A DNA stretch of 62,756 nucleotides, counting the filler. It is 7 parts of 7 records of this genome, joined end to end, with 100 filler letters (N's around TTAATTAATTAA, not from the genome) between each part and the next. Parts side by side here need not be neighbours in the genome. Positions count along the whole stretch, not along the records: positions 18,599 to 29,097 come from SRR31156797_7907; positions 29,198 to 38,590 come from SRR31156797_7915; 5 more parts are not named here. One strand, 5' to 3'. Below are positions 20,487 through 29,241 of this stretch, in pieces (the stretch's first letter is position 1; each line of letters opens with the position of its first letter). Position numbers and translations under genes: made by a program. The notes beneath the pieces are model-generated. The model had not been told where the DNA came from, ran no database searches, and worked only from the letters and a program-made list of their open reading frames with translations.

Positions 20487-21800
20487 ATGGAAGAAGTTTT
20501 TGAAGTAATTAATCAAAGTATTGATTATCGGGCTTCATCTTATGTAAATGTAATCCATGAAAAAGAATTAAAACAAGTTTTGCTGAAGGCTATTGAACAA
20601 AAGGGAAAAACTTTAGATGATAATTTATTTGATGAGCTAAACACATTGCATAATATATTTTATTATATATTAGAAAAAAAGTTGTTATCAGTTATAGAAC
20701 TTAACAAACTTATTATAGAAAATATTAGGTTTAACTGTAGCAATATTTTCTTAGAGAGGTCGTCTATAAATATTACAGATGAAAATATTAAATCAGGAAT
20801 TAGAAATATTTCTAGAAAATATAGTTTGAATAACACTCCAACTAATTATCATGATGATTTTTCTGACTCAGGATACAATCTTTTGGATAGAATTTCTTCA
20901 AAAAATTTGAACGAGATATATTTTCCTGTAATAGATTATGATGAAAATAGTGTTCACATAATGGCAAGTGTAAAATTTTTAGATAAGGATGAAAATTCGT
21001 CATTAAGAGTTTGTATTATATATCTGGATAGAAAAACTGGATATACTACTTTCTATGTTAATGGAAAGGTGGGAGGATTTAAAATTAAGAATGATAACAA
21101 CGTCTCTATATCATCAAGTATTGCTTTTTTTAAGCACATTAGAACAATAATAAATAGCTTTTTTTCTTTTGATTTTGTTTCTTATAAGAATAGTTGTTAT
21201 ATAAATAGAGCTAAAATGTTTAACTTTTGTAATAAAATGAATAGCCTAATGATAGGAGATTATTCTGAAGAGTTGAACGCTTCTTTATCTCCTATTTTAA
21301 AAAGACAAATTCGAAAAATATTTAGTGAAATGAATAAAATGAATAGTAAAGTAAAGTTAGACACTGAGAAAACTGAAATGTTAATTAAACGAATTTTTTC
21401 TAATTATTTAGGAGAATTTATTACAACTGGCTACAATGAACGTGATTTGGTAAAAAAAGCGAAAGAAGCAGGTGCAGTATGCTATCCTACTAAGATTAGC
21501 TTCAGAGGACAGCAGTTAGCCCGTGGAAAAGCAACAACAAGAGGTAGAAAATTCCCATTAACATTTGAATCAATTTTTTATAGCTTAAATACTGATATAG
21601 AAATTGCGGGAGAACTAGATGAATTTACTTTAGCTTGGTTTGATACTGATTTTTTTGCCGAACGTTCAGAATTAGAGGTAAGTCAAACAACAATTAAAAT
21701 AACTGAGGAAATATTTTCATTAACTTTAAAAAATTCAAAATATAAGAATAAAGGGATGACCGAGCATATTGAAAGAGAAATTAGAAACGCTATTTATTAA
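20487..21800 (+). CDS. Hypothetical 437-aa protein, first gene of a putative defence operon
   Basis: Long AT-rich ORF with GGGAG RBS and an upstream TGnTATAAT extended -10; no motif recognised; overlaps the SIR2 gene by 32 nt. Confidence 0.8.
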   Translation: MEEVFEVINQSIDYRASSYVNVIHEKELKQVLLKAIEQKGKTLDDNLFDELNTLHNIFYYILEKKLLSVIELNKLIIENIRFNCSNIFLERSSINITDENIKSGIRNISRKYSLNNTPTNYHDDFSDSGYNLLDRISSKNLNEIYFPVIDYDENSVHIMASVKFLDKDENSSLRVCIIYLDRKTGYTTFYVNGKVGGFKIKNDNNVSISSSIAFFKHIRTIINSFFSFDFVSYKNSCYINRAKMFNFCNKMNSLMIGDYSEELNASLSPILKRQIRKIFSEMNKMNSKVKLDTEKTEMLIKRIFSNYLGEFITTGYNERDLVKKAKEAGAVCYPTKISFRGQQLARGKATTRGRKFPLTFESIFYSLNTDIEIAGELDEFTLAWFDTDFFAERSELEVSQTTIKITEEIFSLTLKNSKYKNKGMTEHIEREIRNAIY

Positions 21801-22968
21801 TAATCAAAAATGGAACAAGTTGTTAAATATGACGGCTTTGAATGGAGATAAATACTTTCGGGAAAAACATTATTTGGACTTGATAAAAAAATATATGCCA
21901 AAAGAAGATTCTGTAGAAATTTTTAAAGAATTATTGGGAAAAAAAATGTTTAAAAGAAAATTTTCATATGAATGTGATGATGATATTTATGATGCTGAAC
22001 TGTTAGAAAAAAAGTGTGAAATATGTGGACTTAAAGTTATAGAACATGAATATTTTGAGCTATATTCCCCAAGTTATTTAAGTGAACTCTCAAAAAATAA
22101 TATTCAATTAATTAAAGATTATTATGATTCAGATTCTAAAATTGTTATGGAGGATGTAAGAAGTAATATTGATAGAGTAATTCCATTTGTTGGTTCTGGT
22201 ATAAGTAAAAATGTAGGGATGCCATTATGGTTAGAGCTTTTTAAAAAAGCTAAAGATAAGATATCTGATGAGTATATACCTTACTTTGATTTAGAATATG
22301 AATCAAAAAATATTGATAAAATTATAGAAATGGTCAAAAGAGTACATCCTTTGATTCAGGATGATAAAGATTTAAAAAAAGAAATAATAGCTCCTGAAAT
22401 AAAAAAAACTATTCCTAATGAAATCTTACTGAATTCAATAATACCTGATATATTAAAATTGGATGCAGAATATATTATTACAACAAATTATGATGATTTA
22501 CTTGAAAAAACGAGTTTATTACTATGTTCAGGATATGAAGAATCAAGAGACATTTCTTCATTCCAAGGATTTGAATCTTTGGATGAAACACAATATATAT
22601 TCCATATCCATGGTACTATTAAAAATTATGATTCAATGGTGGTTACTAATGAAGATTATAATAATTTATATGATTCTGAAGAGAAAAAAAGAATCCTTTC
22701 TGGTCTGATAAATAAACATTCTATGTTATTTTTAGGCTTTTCTATGGATGACACATACTTTAGTGATGAATTTGGGAAAATCTGTGAGTCTAATAAAGGG
22801 TATTGCACAAATTATTATGTAATGATTAATGGAGATAGACAGAAAAAAGATGAACTATTGAAGACAACAAACGTAAGGTTTATTAATATTAAATCAACTA
22901 ATTTTGATATTAAAAATCAGTATGAGTTTATGATTGAATATATATTAGGAAATATTTATATAGAGTAG
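21769..22968 (+). CDS. SIR2-like (SIR2_2) NADase-domain protein with N-terminal helical/Zn-ribbon extension
   Basis: PFVGSGIS...MPLWLEL, IITTNYDDLLE, IFHIHG, MLFLGFSMDD; N-terminal YEC...CEICG. Confidence 0.88.
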   Translation: MKEKLETLFINNQKWNKLLNMTALNGDKYFREKHYLDLIKKYMPKEDSVEIFKELLGKKMFKRKFSYECDDDIYDAELLEKKCEICGLKVIEHEYFELYSPSYLSELSKNNIQLIKDYYDSDSKIVMEDVRSNIDRVIPFVGSGISKNVGMPLWLELFKKAKDKISDEYIPYFDLEYESKNIDKIIEMVKRVHPLIQDDKDLKKEIIAPEIKKTIPNEILLNSIIPDILKLDAEYIITTNYDDLLEKTSLLLCSGYEESRDISSFQGFESLDETQYIFHIHGTIKNYDSMVVTNEDYNNLYDSEEKKRILSGLINKHSMLFLGFSMDDTYFSDEFGKICESNKGYCTNYYVMINGDRQKKDELLKTTNVRFINIKSTNFDIKNQYEFMIEYILGNIYIE

Positions 22969-22989
22969 CTAATAAAGTTACTCTTTTTG
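22961..22989 (+). terminator. Terminator closing the SIR2 operon
   Basis: AGAGTAGCT-aataa-AGTTACTCT followed by a T-run, overlapping the stop codon. Confidence 0.65.
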
Positions 22990-23040
22990 TTCTATAAATT
23001 TGCATCCTCCTATTTAAGATGCTATAAAGGTCCTTGTAAG

Positions 23041-23149
23041 GGATACTTTTGTAATTTCTATCCATCACAAAGCCTATTCTATCAATAGCTATGATGTTGA
23101 TTTAGTAAAGATGGATAGATTTATATTACAAGAGATAGAAAGTATCCAT
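23041..23149. repeat. Nested inverted repeats upstream of the second recombinase
   Basis: GGATACTTT/AAAGTATCC, TGTAAT/ATTACA and TCTATCCATC/GATGGATAGA arms. Confidence 0.7.
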
Positions 23150-23175
23150 AAATCATTCATCATGGAGGGAGGAAA

Positions 23176-23748
23176 ATGACACAGAGAAAAATTAATGTCA
23201 AACCAATTAAGTCCAAAGAGGTTCTGAATCAGTTTGCCACGGAATTTTTGAAAAACAAACATGGACAAAGAGATTATACAATTTTCGTGTTTGGTATTTT
23301 TACAGGGCTACGTATTTCAGATATTCTTAATCTGAAAGTTAGTGACGTGAAAGGAAAGCTCAAGGCTGATATTATTGAGAAAAAGACAGGGAAAAAACGC
23401 ACGCTTAATTTAATGCAATTAACAAATCAAATAATTATATACCTTGACGAGGAACACGATGGACAAAGTGAATGGTTATTTCCTAGTCCAAGGGATAATA
23501 CGAAACATTTAGCTACACACCAGTTCTATAAGATTATGCAGAAAACGGCTAATTTCCTTGATTTAGACTATATAGGAACTCATACATTGAGAAAAACCTT
23601 TGGTTATACCTATTATCAGAAAACAAAAGATTTAACTTCACTGATGAAAATTCTAAATCATAGTTCGCAGAGCGTAACTTTACGTTATATTGGTATTGAG
23701 GAAGAGGAGCTTCAGTCAAGTTTAGATAATTTTAATCCATTTCAATAA
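23176..23748 (+). CDS. Small tyrosine recombinase (catalytic domain only, 190 aa)
   Basis: TGLRISD, EKKTGK, GTHTLRKT, LNH, TLRY; GGAGG RBS. Confidence 0.92.
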   Translation: MTQRKINVKPIKSKEVLNQFATEFLKNKHGQRDYTIFVFGIFTGLRISDILNLKVSDVKGKLKADIIEKKTGKKRTLNLMQLTNQIIIYLDEEHDGQSEWLFPSPRDNTKHLATHQFYKIMQKTANFLDLDYIGTHTLRKTFGYTYYQKTKDLTSLMKILNHSSQSVTLRYIGIEEEELQSSLDNFNPFQ

Positions 23749-23764
23749 TAAAAAAGAAGCACAA

Positions 23765-24691
23765 TCAACTAAGACTGTGCTTCTTTTTTTGCGTTCTTTT
23801 AGCAACTGTATTATATTGTTTTCTATTTTCAATGCTTTTTACATATAATGTATCTAACTCTTTGTATTTTTTTCTATCATTTGAAAAAGTAATTTGATTT
23901 GTAGATTTAAAGTGATTAGATAAATAAAAAATGATTCCAAATAGACTATCAATCTTATATAAATTCCATTGTTGTTCTTTTTTTATATAGTAGTAGAAGC
24001 AATCCTCGCTTTGAACATAGATTAAGATGTCATCACGAATAAATTCTGTATTATTCTTCACTCGAAACACACGAAAATCTTTCAATTTTTCTTTAATTTT
24101 AGGTAGTTGTTGCATGGTAGGAATTGCAACAATATCTAAATTATCTAAAGAGGGAGTATGAAACAGTTGATTATCATCACGAATACTAGAGAATTGAAGA
24201 GGTATCTGAACATGATGGTGATTTATAAAATCTAAGAACAACTCTTTGTTCTGATTAGACAAACATTGATTAAACAATTGGAAAGCTTGTGGCTTCTGAC
24301 TGAAATTTTTATGATTATAGATATTTCTTACAGAACTATAAAAAGAAGCAGTCACTTGTTTTTGTTGATTCGTAGCTATTGAAAGTTTATTTGTCCTAAA
24401 CCCTAGTGTTAACATTTTTTGTAAGGCATCAGCTTGCAATTCTAAATGATTTAAATTGTCTAAATCAAATTTTTTAGCATAGTAGAAGTGTTTAGATAAC
24501 TTCTTTTTAGAAACCCATTTATGCTTTTCTAACGTGCTTAAACGAGCTTCTAAGCTAATTCTGTTACATTGTAGTATTTTTTCTAAAGTAGATTCATAAA
24601 TCCCATTAGATGCTATAACTAGTTGTAATAATTCATCACTATCAATCGCTCTTTTGTTGACAATATATTTTTTCAAATTCACTCCCTCCAA
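23765..24691 (-). CDS. Hypothetical 308-aa protein with probable N-terminal winged helix (possible Rep or regulator)
   Basis: GIYESTLEKILQCNRISLEARLSTLEKHKWVSKK resembles a wHTH; lies beside the repeat-rich region. Confidence 0.6.
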   Translation of the reverse strand: MEGVNLKKYIVNKRAIDSDELLQLVIASNGIYESTLEKILQCNRISLEARLSTLEKHKWVSKKKLSKHFYYAKKFDLDNLNHLELQADALQKMLTLGFRTNKLSIATNQQKQVTASFYSSVRNIYNHKNFSQKPQAFQLFNQCLSNQNKELFLDFINHHHVQIPLQFSSIRDDNQLFHTPSLDNLDIVAIPTMQQLPKIKEKLKDFRVFRVKNNTEFIRDDILIYVQSEDCFYYYIKKEQQWNLYKIDSLFGIIFYLSNHFKSTNQITFSNDRKKYKELDTLYVKSIENRKQYNTVAKRTQKKKHSLS

Positions 24692-24907
24692 TAATTTTTT
24701 TGCATATTTTATCAGTAATTTTCTTTCTCAAAAGTATCCATTTTTACGTAGTCAAGAAAGGTTGAAATACTCCAATTTTGTGACCCCTACATAGTGAGCA
24801 ACTACTCAATTCAATTTAAAAATTTTTTTAGGTAGCTGCTGTTTTGAAAAATTCACGGAGGTTTCCATTCGAAATTTGTAAAATTTCATCAAAAATCACC
24901 GAGTTTT

Positions 24908-24942
24908 CAAAAAGTTCTCACAAAAGTTCTCAAAAAGTTATC
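24908..24942 (+). repeat. Three tandem CAAAA(A)GTT(C/A)TC repeats
   Basis: Copies start at 24908, 24921 and 24931. Confidence 0.75.
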
Positions 24943-24967
24943 TTCTACAAAATAAAAATATACTTTA

Positions 24968-25029
24968 TGTAGGGTTAAGGTAGGGATAATGTAAGGTATG
25001 AAAATTGCTGATGTAGGGATAATGTAGGG
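24968..25029 (+). repeat. Helically phased (11-bp period) TGTAGGG-type repeats, iteron- or centromere-like
   Basis: Copies at 24968, 24979, 24990, 25012 and 25023; an inverted copy CCCCTACAT at 24784. Confidence 0.75.
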
Positions 25030-25213
25030 GTAGAAAATTAAGAGAAAAAACAGAGAAATTTCTATTAAGTATCCATCTCGTAATTATCCATTTTCAATTT
25101 ACTTCTATCTATATTATACCATCGTAAAAATGATGATGGAAATTTGAATGACATATCTAGAATTGTTGACAAAGAAAATGGTGAAATGAGAGGAAGGTAT
25201 TTGATTTGGGGAC

Positions 25214-25273
25214 AAGAAAGACGAACAAATAATTCATAACCCAATACACATTATTTGCTCGTCTTAGCTTCTT
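25214..25273 (-). terminator. Hairpin terminator downstream of the surface-protein pair
   Basis: AAGACGAACAAATAA...TTATTTGCTCGTCTT imperfect inverted repeat. Confidence 0.5.
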
Positions 25274-25281
25274 AATTGACT

Positions 25282-25905
25282 TTACTCGTTTATTATTTTA
25301 ACTTGAATGTTATAGGTAGTTTTTCCACCATGAACATTTGTATAAGTAATTTTAATATGATTTATTGCATTAACCTTCATCCTAGCACCTTCACTCAATT
25401 TATAATAACCATTACCGTAAGATACCTCACTAAATCTATAACTAACACCATTTATGTCAATAGTGGTGCTTCTATTTTGGTTGTTTCCAAAACCTTTGTC
25501 TATGGCTTCCTGTTTAACGCCAACGTTATTGTCTGAAATAGCATCTATCAATACATAACCATCTTCTATAATAGGCATACTAACACTACTCAATTTCTTC
25601 AAATTAATTGTTCTCATACCTGTATTATCAGGTGTCCAAATATCTGGACCGGCATATACGTTTTGAAACCAAATACCTATATAACCTTTAACTTCAAATG
25701 AATTATGAAACTTCCCTACACAGTTACCTTCACTACCATCTAATAAATTAGTATCTTCACCAACTTGTTCAAAACTATCACAGTAAATATTTGCCAAACT
25801 TGGCTTAAGAGTATCTTTAAATAATAGGTAACTTATGAAAACAAAAATACCAAATATTACGATTGCTACGACTACAAAAAGTCCTTGTGAACTCCCATCT
25901 GCCAT
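25282..25905 (-). CDS. Membrane-anchored, pilin-like surface protein, paralogue 1
   Basis: ATG 25905 after GGAGG; MADGSSQGLFVVVAIVIFGIFVFISYLLFKD, then a beta-rich C-terminal domain. Confidence 0.75.
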   Translation of the reverse strand: MADGSSQGLFVVVAIVIFGIFVFISYLLFKDTLKPSLANIYCDSFEQVGEDTNLLDGSEGNCVGKFHNSFEVKGYIGIWFQNVYAGPDIWTPDNTGMRTINLKKLSSVSMPIIEDGYVLIDAISDNNVGVKQEAIDKGFGNNQNRSTTIDINGVSYRFSEVSYGNGYYKLSEGARMKVNAINHIKITYTNVHGGKTTYNIQVKIINE

Positions 25906-26035
25906 TATTAACCTCCTTTCCCTGTATAAAGACAATTGCAGTAATTGTTTTTTTTTATCTGTATAATCATTTCTATATGCTAATTTTGTTGCACCAAATA
26001 AAACGGCTCTTCATTAACCCAAAAAAATCATTGAT

Positions 26036-26575
26036 TTATATTTTGGTTCCTGACGAGTTGATACTATAAGTCTCAGGTCTACTAGACTCATATTCCTGAG
26101 CATTTAATATACCAATAAAATCAAACTGATAGATTTCGTTTGGCTTTAAGTTTATTGTTTTTTCTAATTCAGTTGAATAGATTGAATTTATGTCAGTTGT
26201 ATGTATATTTCCGATAAATAAACCTCTACCCTCAGCAGTAAATTTTACTTTATATGATAATTCCTTGTCTGTCAGATTTTTGATTGTCACATTGATATTC
26301 TCAGATAGCCTAGGGAAAGTAGGGCTATCAAAATCCAATTTGTTAAAATTGAAATTCAAGTCGCTGATTTCAATGGATATTTCAGAATTTATTGTGGGAT
26401 TGTCAGTTACCATATTTATTAAATTATTCTCGGCTTGCTCTAAACCATCCTTAAAAATTCCTGATAAATTAGGACTTATAATGTCCCTAAACAGCAAATA
26501 ACTCAAGAATACAAAAATACCGAATATTACGATTGCTACAACTACAAATAGTCCTTGTGAGCTTCCATTAGTCAT
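26036..26575 (-). CDS. Membrane-anchored, pilin-like surface protein, paralogue 2
   Basis: MTNGSSQGLFVVVAIVIFGIFVFLSYLLFRD, then an unrelated Ig-like C-terminus; AGGAGG RBS. Confidence 0.75.
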   Translation of the reverse strand: MTNGSSQGLFVVVAIVIFGIFVFLSYLLFRDIISPNLSGIFKDGLEQAENNLINMVTDNPTINSEISIEISDLNFNFNKLDFDSPTFPRLSENINVTIKNLTDKELSYKVKFTAEGRGLFIGNIHTTDINSIYSTELEKTINLKPNEIYQFDFIGILNAQEYESSRPETYSINSSGTKI

Positions 26576-26921
26576 TAAAAATACCTCCTTTGTGTTATTT
26601 TATCACCTCTTTATTATATCGAATCTGAGTGTTTTTACAAATTTTTAGTGTATAGAAATGCTTTGTATAATTCGATAAATAAGCAATTAATGCTTTGTTT
26701 AAGGGGATATAATAGAAAAGTAAAGGTATGATTCATTTTATAGACAATCGTTATATTTGATGAGATAATATAATTACCTTGACGAAAACCATTTATAATG
26801 ACCTCTAAATCTTTAAGTGTTTTTCAATTACCTTGACTATTCCCCAGTTAGTCAGGGGATTTTTGTATTTAAAATTATTTATTTAAACTAAACTAAGAAA
26901 AAGGAAAGGAGGAAACCATTT

Positions 26922-27488
26922 ATGACAAGAACTATTGGTTATATACGCACAAGTAAAAACACACAAGACCTAGGATTGGAAGTACAACGAAAAGCATTAG
27001 AACGATTTGAGCCAGATGAATTATTTTCTGAACAAATCAGTGGGCGAAAAGAAAATCGAACAGAACTAGAGAAAGCGTTGAATTGCTTGGAAAAAGGTGA
27101 CACTTTACTTATTTACAATTTATCAAGGTTGAGTCGTTCCTCGAAACAATTAGTAAATTTAATGTCTGAACTGAATGAGCAGGAGATTTATCTGAAAAGT
27201 ATCCAAGAATCCATCGATACCAGAACAGCGAGCGGACGCTTGTTCTTTACCGTTTTAGCAGGTATTGCAGAGTTTGAAGCGGAAAGTATTAGTTTACGAA
27301 CAAAAGAAGCGTTGGCTAACTCGGATAAACGACTAGGCAGACCACCGATTAAGAAAAATAAATGCAAAAAAATTATTATTTTGTATCAAGAAAATAAGTT
27401 ATCGCTAAAAGAAATTGCAAAAAAATGTGGTGTATCTGAGAAAACGGTTTACAATATTGCTAAAAAAGAAGGTCTTTCAAGAAAATGA
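26922..27488 (+). CDS. Serine recombinase (resolvase/invertase family) with C-terminal HTH
   Basis: IGYIRTS (catalytic Ser), SG...R, LSRLSRS, IAEFE, GRPP, LKEIAKKCGVSEKTVY. Confidence 0.92.
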   Translation: MTRTIGYIRTSKNTQDLGLEVQRKALERFEPDELFSEQISGRKENRTELEKALNCLEKGDTLLIYNLSRLSRSSKQLVNLMSELNEQEIYLKSIQESIDTRTASGRLFFTVLAGIAEFEAESISLRTKEALANSDKRLGRPPIKKNKCKKIIILYQENKLSLKEIAKKCGVSEKTVYNIAKKEGLSRK

Positions 27489-27706
27489 GACTTGATAAAT
27501 TATCAATCTAAGGGTAACATTATTAGAGGGAAGCAAGGTTTTACCGGCAATAATTCAACGTTTTTTACCGATACTAAATTAAAAAAATAATTTACATAAA
27601 GAAGACGATTGTATCAACATTTTTGAAGTTGATTCGATGGTCTTATTTTGTTGTGGCAAAAACGTTGATTTATTACCTCGCATGAGAGTGAGAAAGGATT
27701 GGTTTT

Positions 27707-28801
27707 GTGGGACTAAGTAAACGTGCAAAGATTGGTATAGGAATAATAGGAGCAGTTTTAATTTCTAGCTGGGGAGTTTACACCTATGTTCAAAAACAAA
27801 AAGAATTGAAAAGAGAGCTAACAATTGAAGAAACAAGAGATTTAAGACCGTTTTCTGCAGTAGATAAAACTTATTCAAATGAAGAAGGTCAATTAGTGAT
27901 GACATTTAAGTTTGAAAAAGATTACATTGATGAAAACAAACGACAGAAAATGGAATATTATCTATACAATTCTCAAAATGATGAATTGACTAAGCTACCA
28001 TTAGATTTAGAAGACAAAGTTGAATATACCATTGATTTAAAAGAAGCTATTCGACCAGAAATCATGAAATTCGTTAATACAGGAGATGGTCAATATCCGT
28101 ATGACCCCTATAGATTTCAAGAATTGTTGAGGAACGAATTTGTGGACGAGCACCTTTATTGGATAGCTACTCCTAAAGATTATATAGAGAAATATACTAT
28201 TGATAAATACAATAAGTTTGCAAAAGAAAATAGTTTTTTTACCACTAGTTCTGATATTGCTTTTGAATTGGATTTAACAGAGCAAAACAAAGATTCGTAT
28301 AGAGGCGGTTACTCAACAATCAGTGAATATGTTTCAAGTTTAATTACGAATGACTTATCACCGCAAGATTTTGCCTATTTAGTAACAAAAGTGAGAGGAA
28401 ATGTTCCAAGAAAAGTAGAAATTTTAAATGCAACTCCCTTTGAAGGTCAATATTCTGCAATATTAAAAAAGGGCTATTTCGCTAGAGGAAATTATGAATT
28501 TAGAAGAACAGGATATGTAGTCCCAGAAGATTTTGGCTTGCCAACATACAGTCCGATGAGTTTGTATATGCAAACGTATAGTGTTTCTGAAAGTGAAGAA
28601 GAAGCTTTAGCAGGAGATATATCAGAATGGAATCAACAAATTATTGATGACAAAGAAAAGTATGAAAAAGAATCTGACTTGATATTCTTTGATAAAAAGA
28701 TTCAAAAGTTAGGAAAAATTGAAAATGCTCTATTTACTTTTCGTATAAATGATGAATTAGGACAGTGGTTGGAAATTACAACCGATGATGCAGATGAATA
28801 G
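27707..28801 (+). CDS. Hypothetical N-terminally anchored extracellular protein, 364 aa
   Basis: Basic N-terminus and single TM (IGIGIIGAVLISSWGVYTY); AAAGGA RBS. Confidence 0.7.
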   Translation: MGLSKRAKIGIGIIGAVLISSWGVYTYVQKQKELKRELTIEETRDLRPFSAVDKTYSNEEGQLVMTFKFEKDYIDENKRQKMEYYLYNSQNDELTKLPLDLEDKVEYTIDLKEAIRPEIMKFVNTGDGQYPYDPYRFQELLRNEFVDEHLYWIATPKDYIEKYTIDKYNKFAKENSFFTTSSDIAFELDLTEQNKDSYRGGYSTISEYVSSLITNDLSPQDFAYLVTKVRGNVPRKVEILNATPFEGQYSAILKKGYFARGNYEFRRTGYVVPEDFGLPTYSPMSLYMQTYSVSESEEEALAGDISEWNQQIIDDKEKYEKESDLIFFDKKIQKLGKIENALFTFRINDELGQWLEITTDDADE

Positions 28802-29030
28802 TTTGGCAACGAAAAAATATGTTATTCATAAAGTGAAAAGGACTTTTTATAAAGCGAATGTAACGATTCCACAGTTGGTTGTAAACAGCATAGCTAATGA
28901 ATTGTATAAAGAATTTGTCAAATGCTCAGAAAGTGAGCAACAATCTTTGTTGGATTCTGGTGAACTAGTAAAATTACTTTGGGATAAACATGTAGTGACT
29001 AAAGAAAAAGAATTGTTAGAAGAGATATGA
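28794..29030 (+). CDS. Small hypothetical protein
   Basis: ORF overlapping the previous stop; plausible composition; start uncertain (28785, 28788 or 28794). Confidence 0.55.
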   Translation: MNSLATKKYVIHKVKRTFYKANVTIPQLVVNSIANELYKEFVKCSESEQQSLLDSGELVKLLWDKHVVTKEKELLEEI

Positions 29031-29097
29031 GTAAAATCATGTCTCTTTTTTTCTCGAAATTCATGTCAAAAACCACTTAAAAAATGACCCTTAAAAA

Positions 29098-29197
29098 NNN
29101 NNNNNNNNNNNNNNNNNNNNNNNNNNNNNNNNNNNNNNNNNTTAATTAATTAANNNNNNNNNNNNNNNNNNNNNNNNNNNNNNNNNNNNNNNNNNNN
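29098..29197. other. Artificial contig linker
   Basis: N44-TTAATTAATTAA-N44. Confidence 0.98.
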
Positions 29198-29241
29198 TCG
29201 AACTTGGAAAAAACTCCTCATTTCTGGCCAGACACTAACTG

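Larger units (their letters stand above)
18599..29097. mobile_element. Fragment of a Firmicute (Enterococcus-like) genomic island, ICE or megaplasmid accessory region
   Basis: Three recombinases, iteron-like repeats, a defence-like operon and no housekeeping genes; boundaries not visible. Confidence 0.6.

Noticed and set aside
20487-22968. Thoeris, SIR2-HerA, DSR or pAgo assignment
   Set aside because: The partner shows no TIR, Walker A/B or PIWI features, and the SIR2 domain is C-terminal in a protein of only 399 aa.
24900-25030. CRISPR array
   Set aside because: Units are 7-13 bp without unique 30-40 bp spacers, and there are no cas genes.
25282-27488. Classical shufflon driven by the serine recombinase
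   Set aside because: Both surface genes are complete, co-oriented and have their own RBS; no inverted silent cassettes or crossover repeats were seen.
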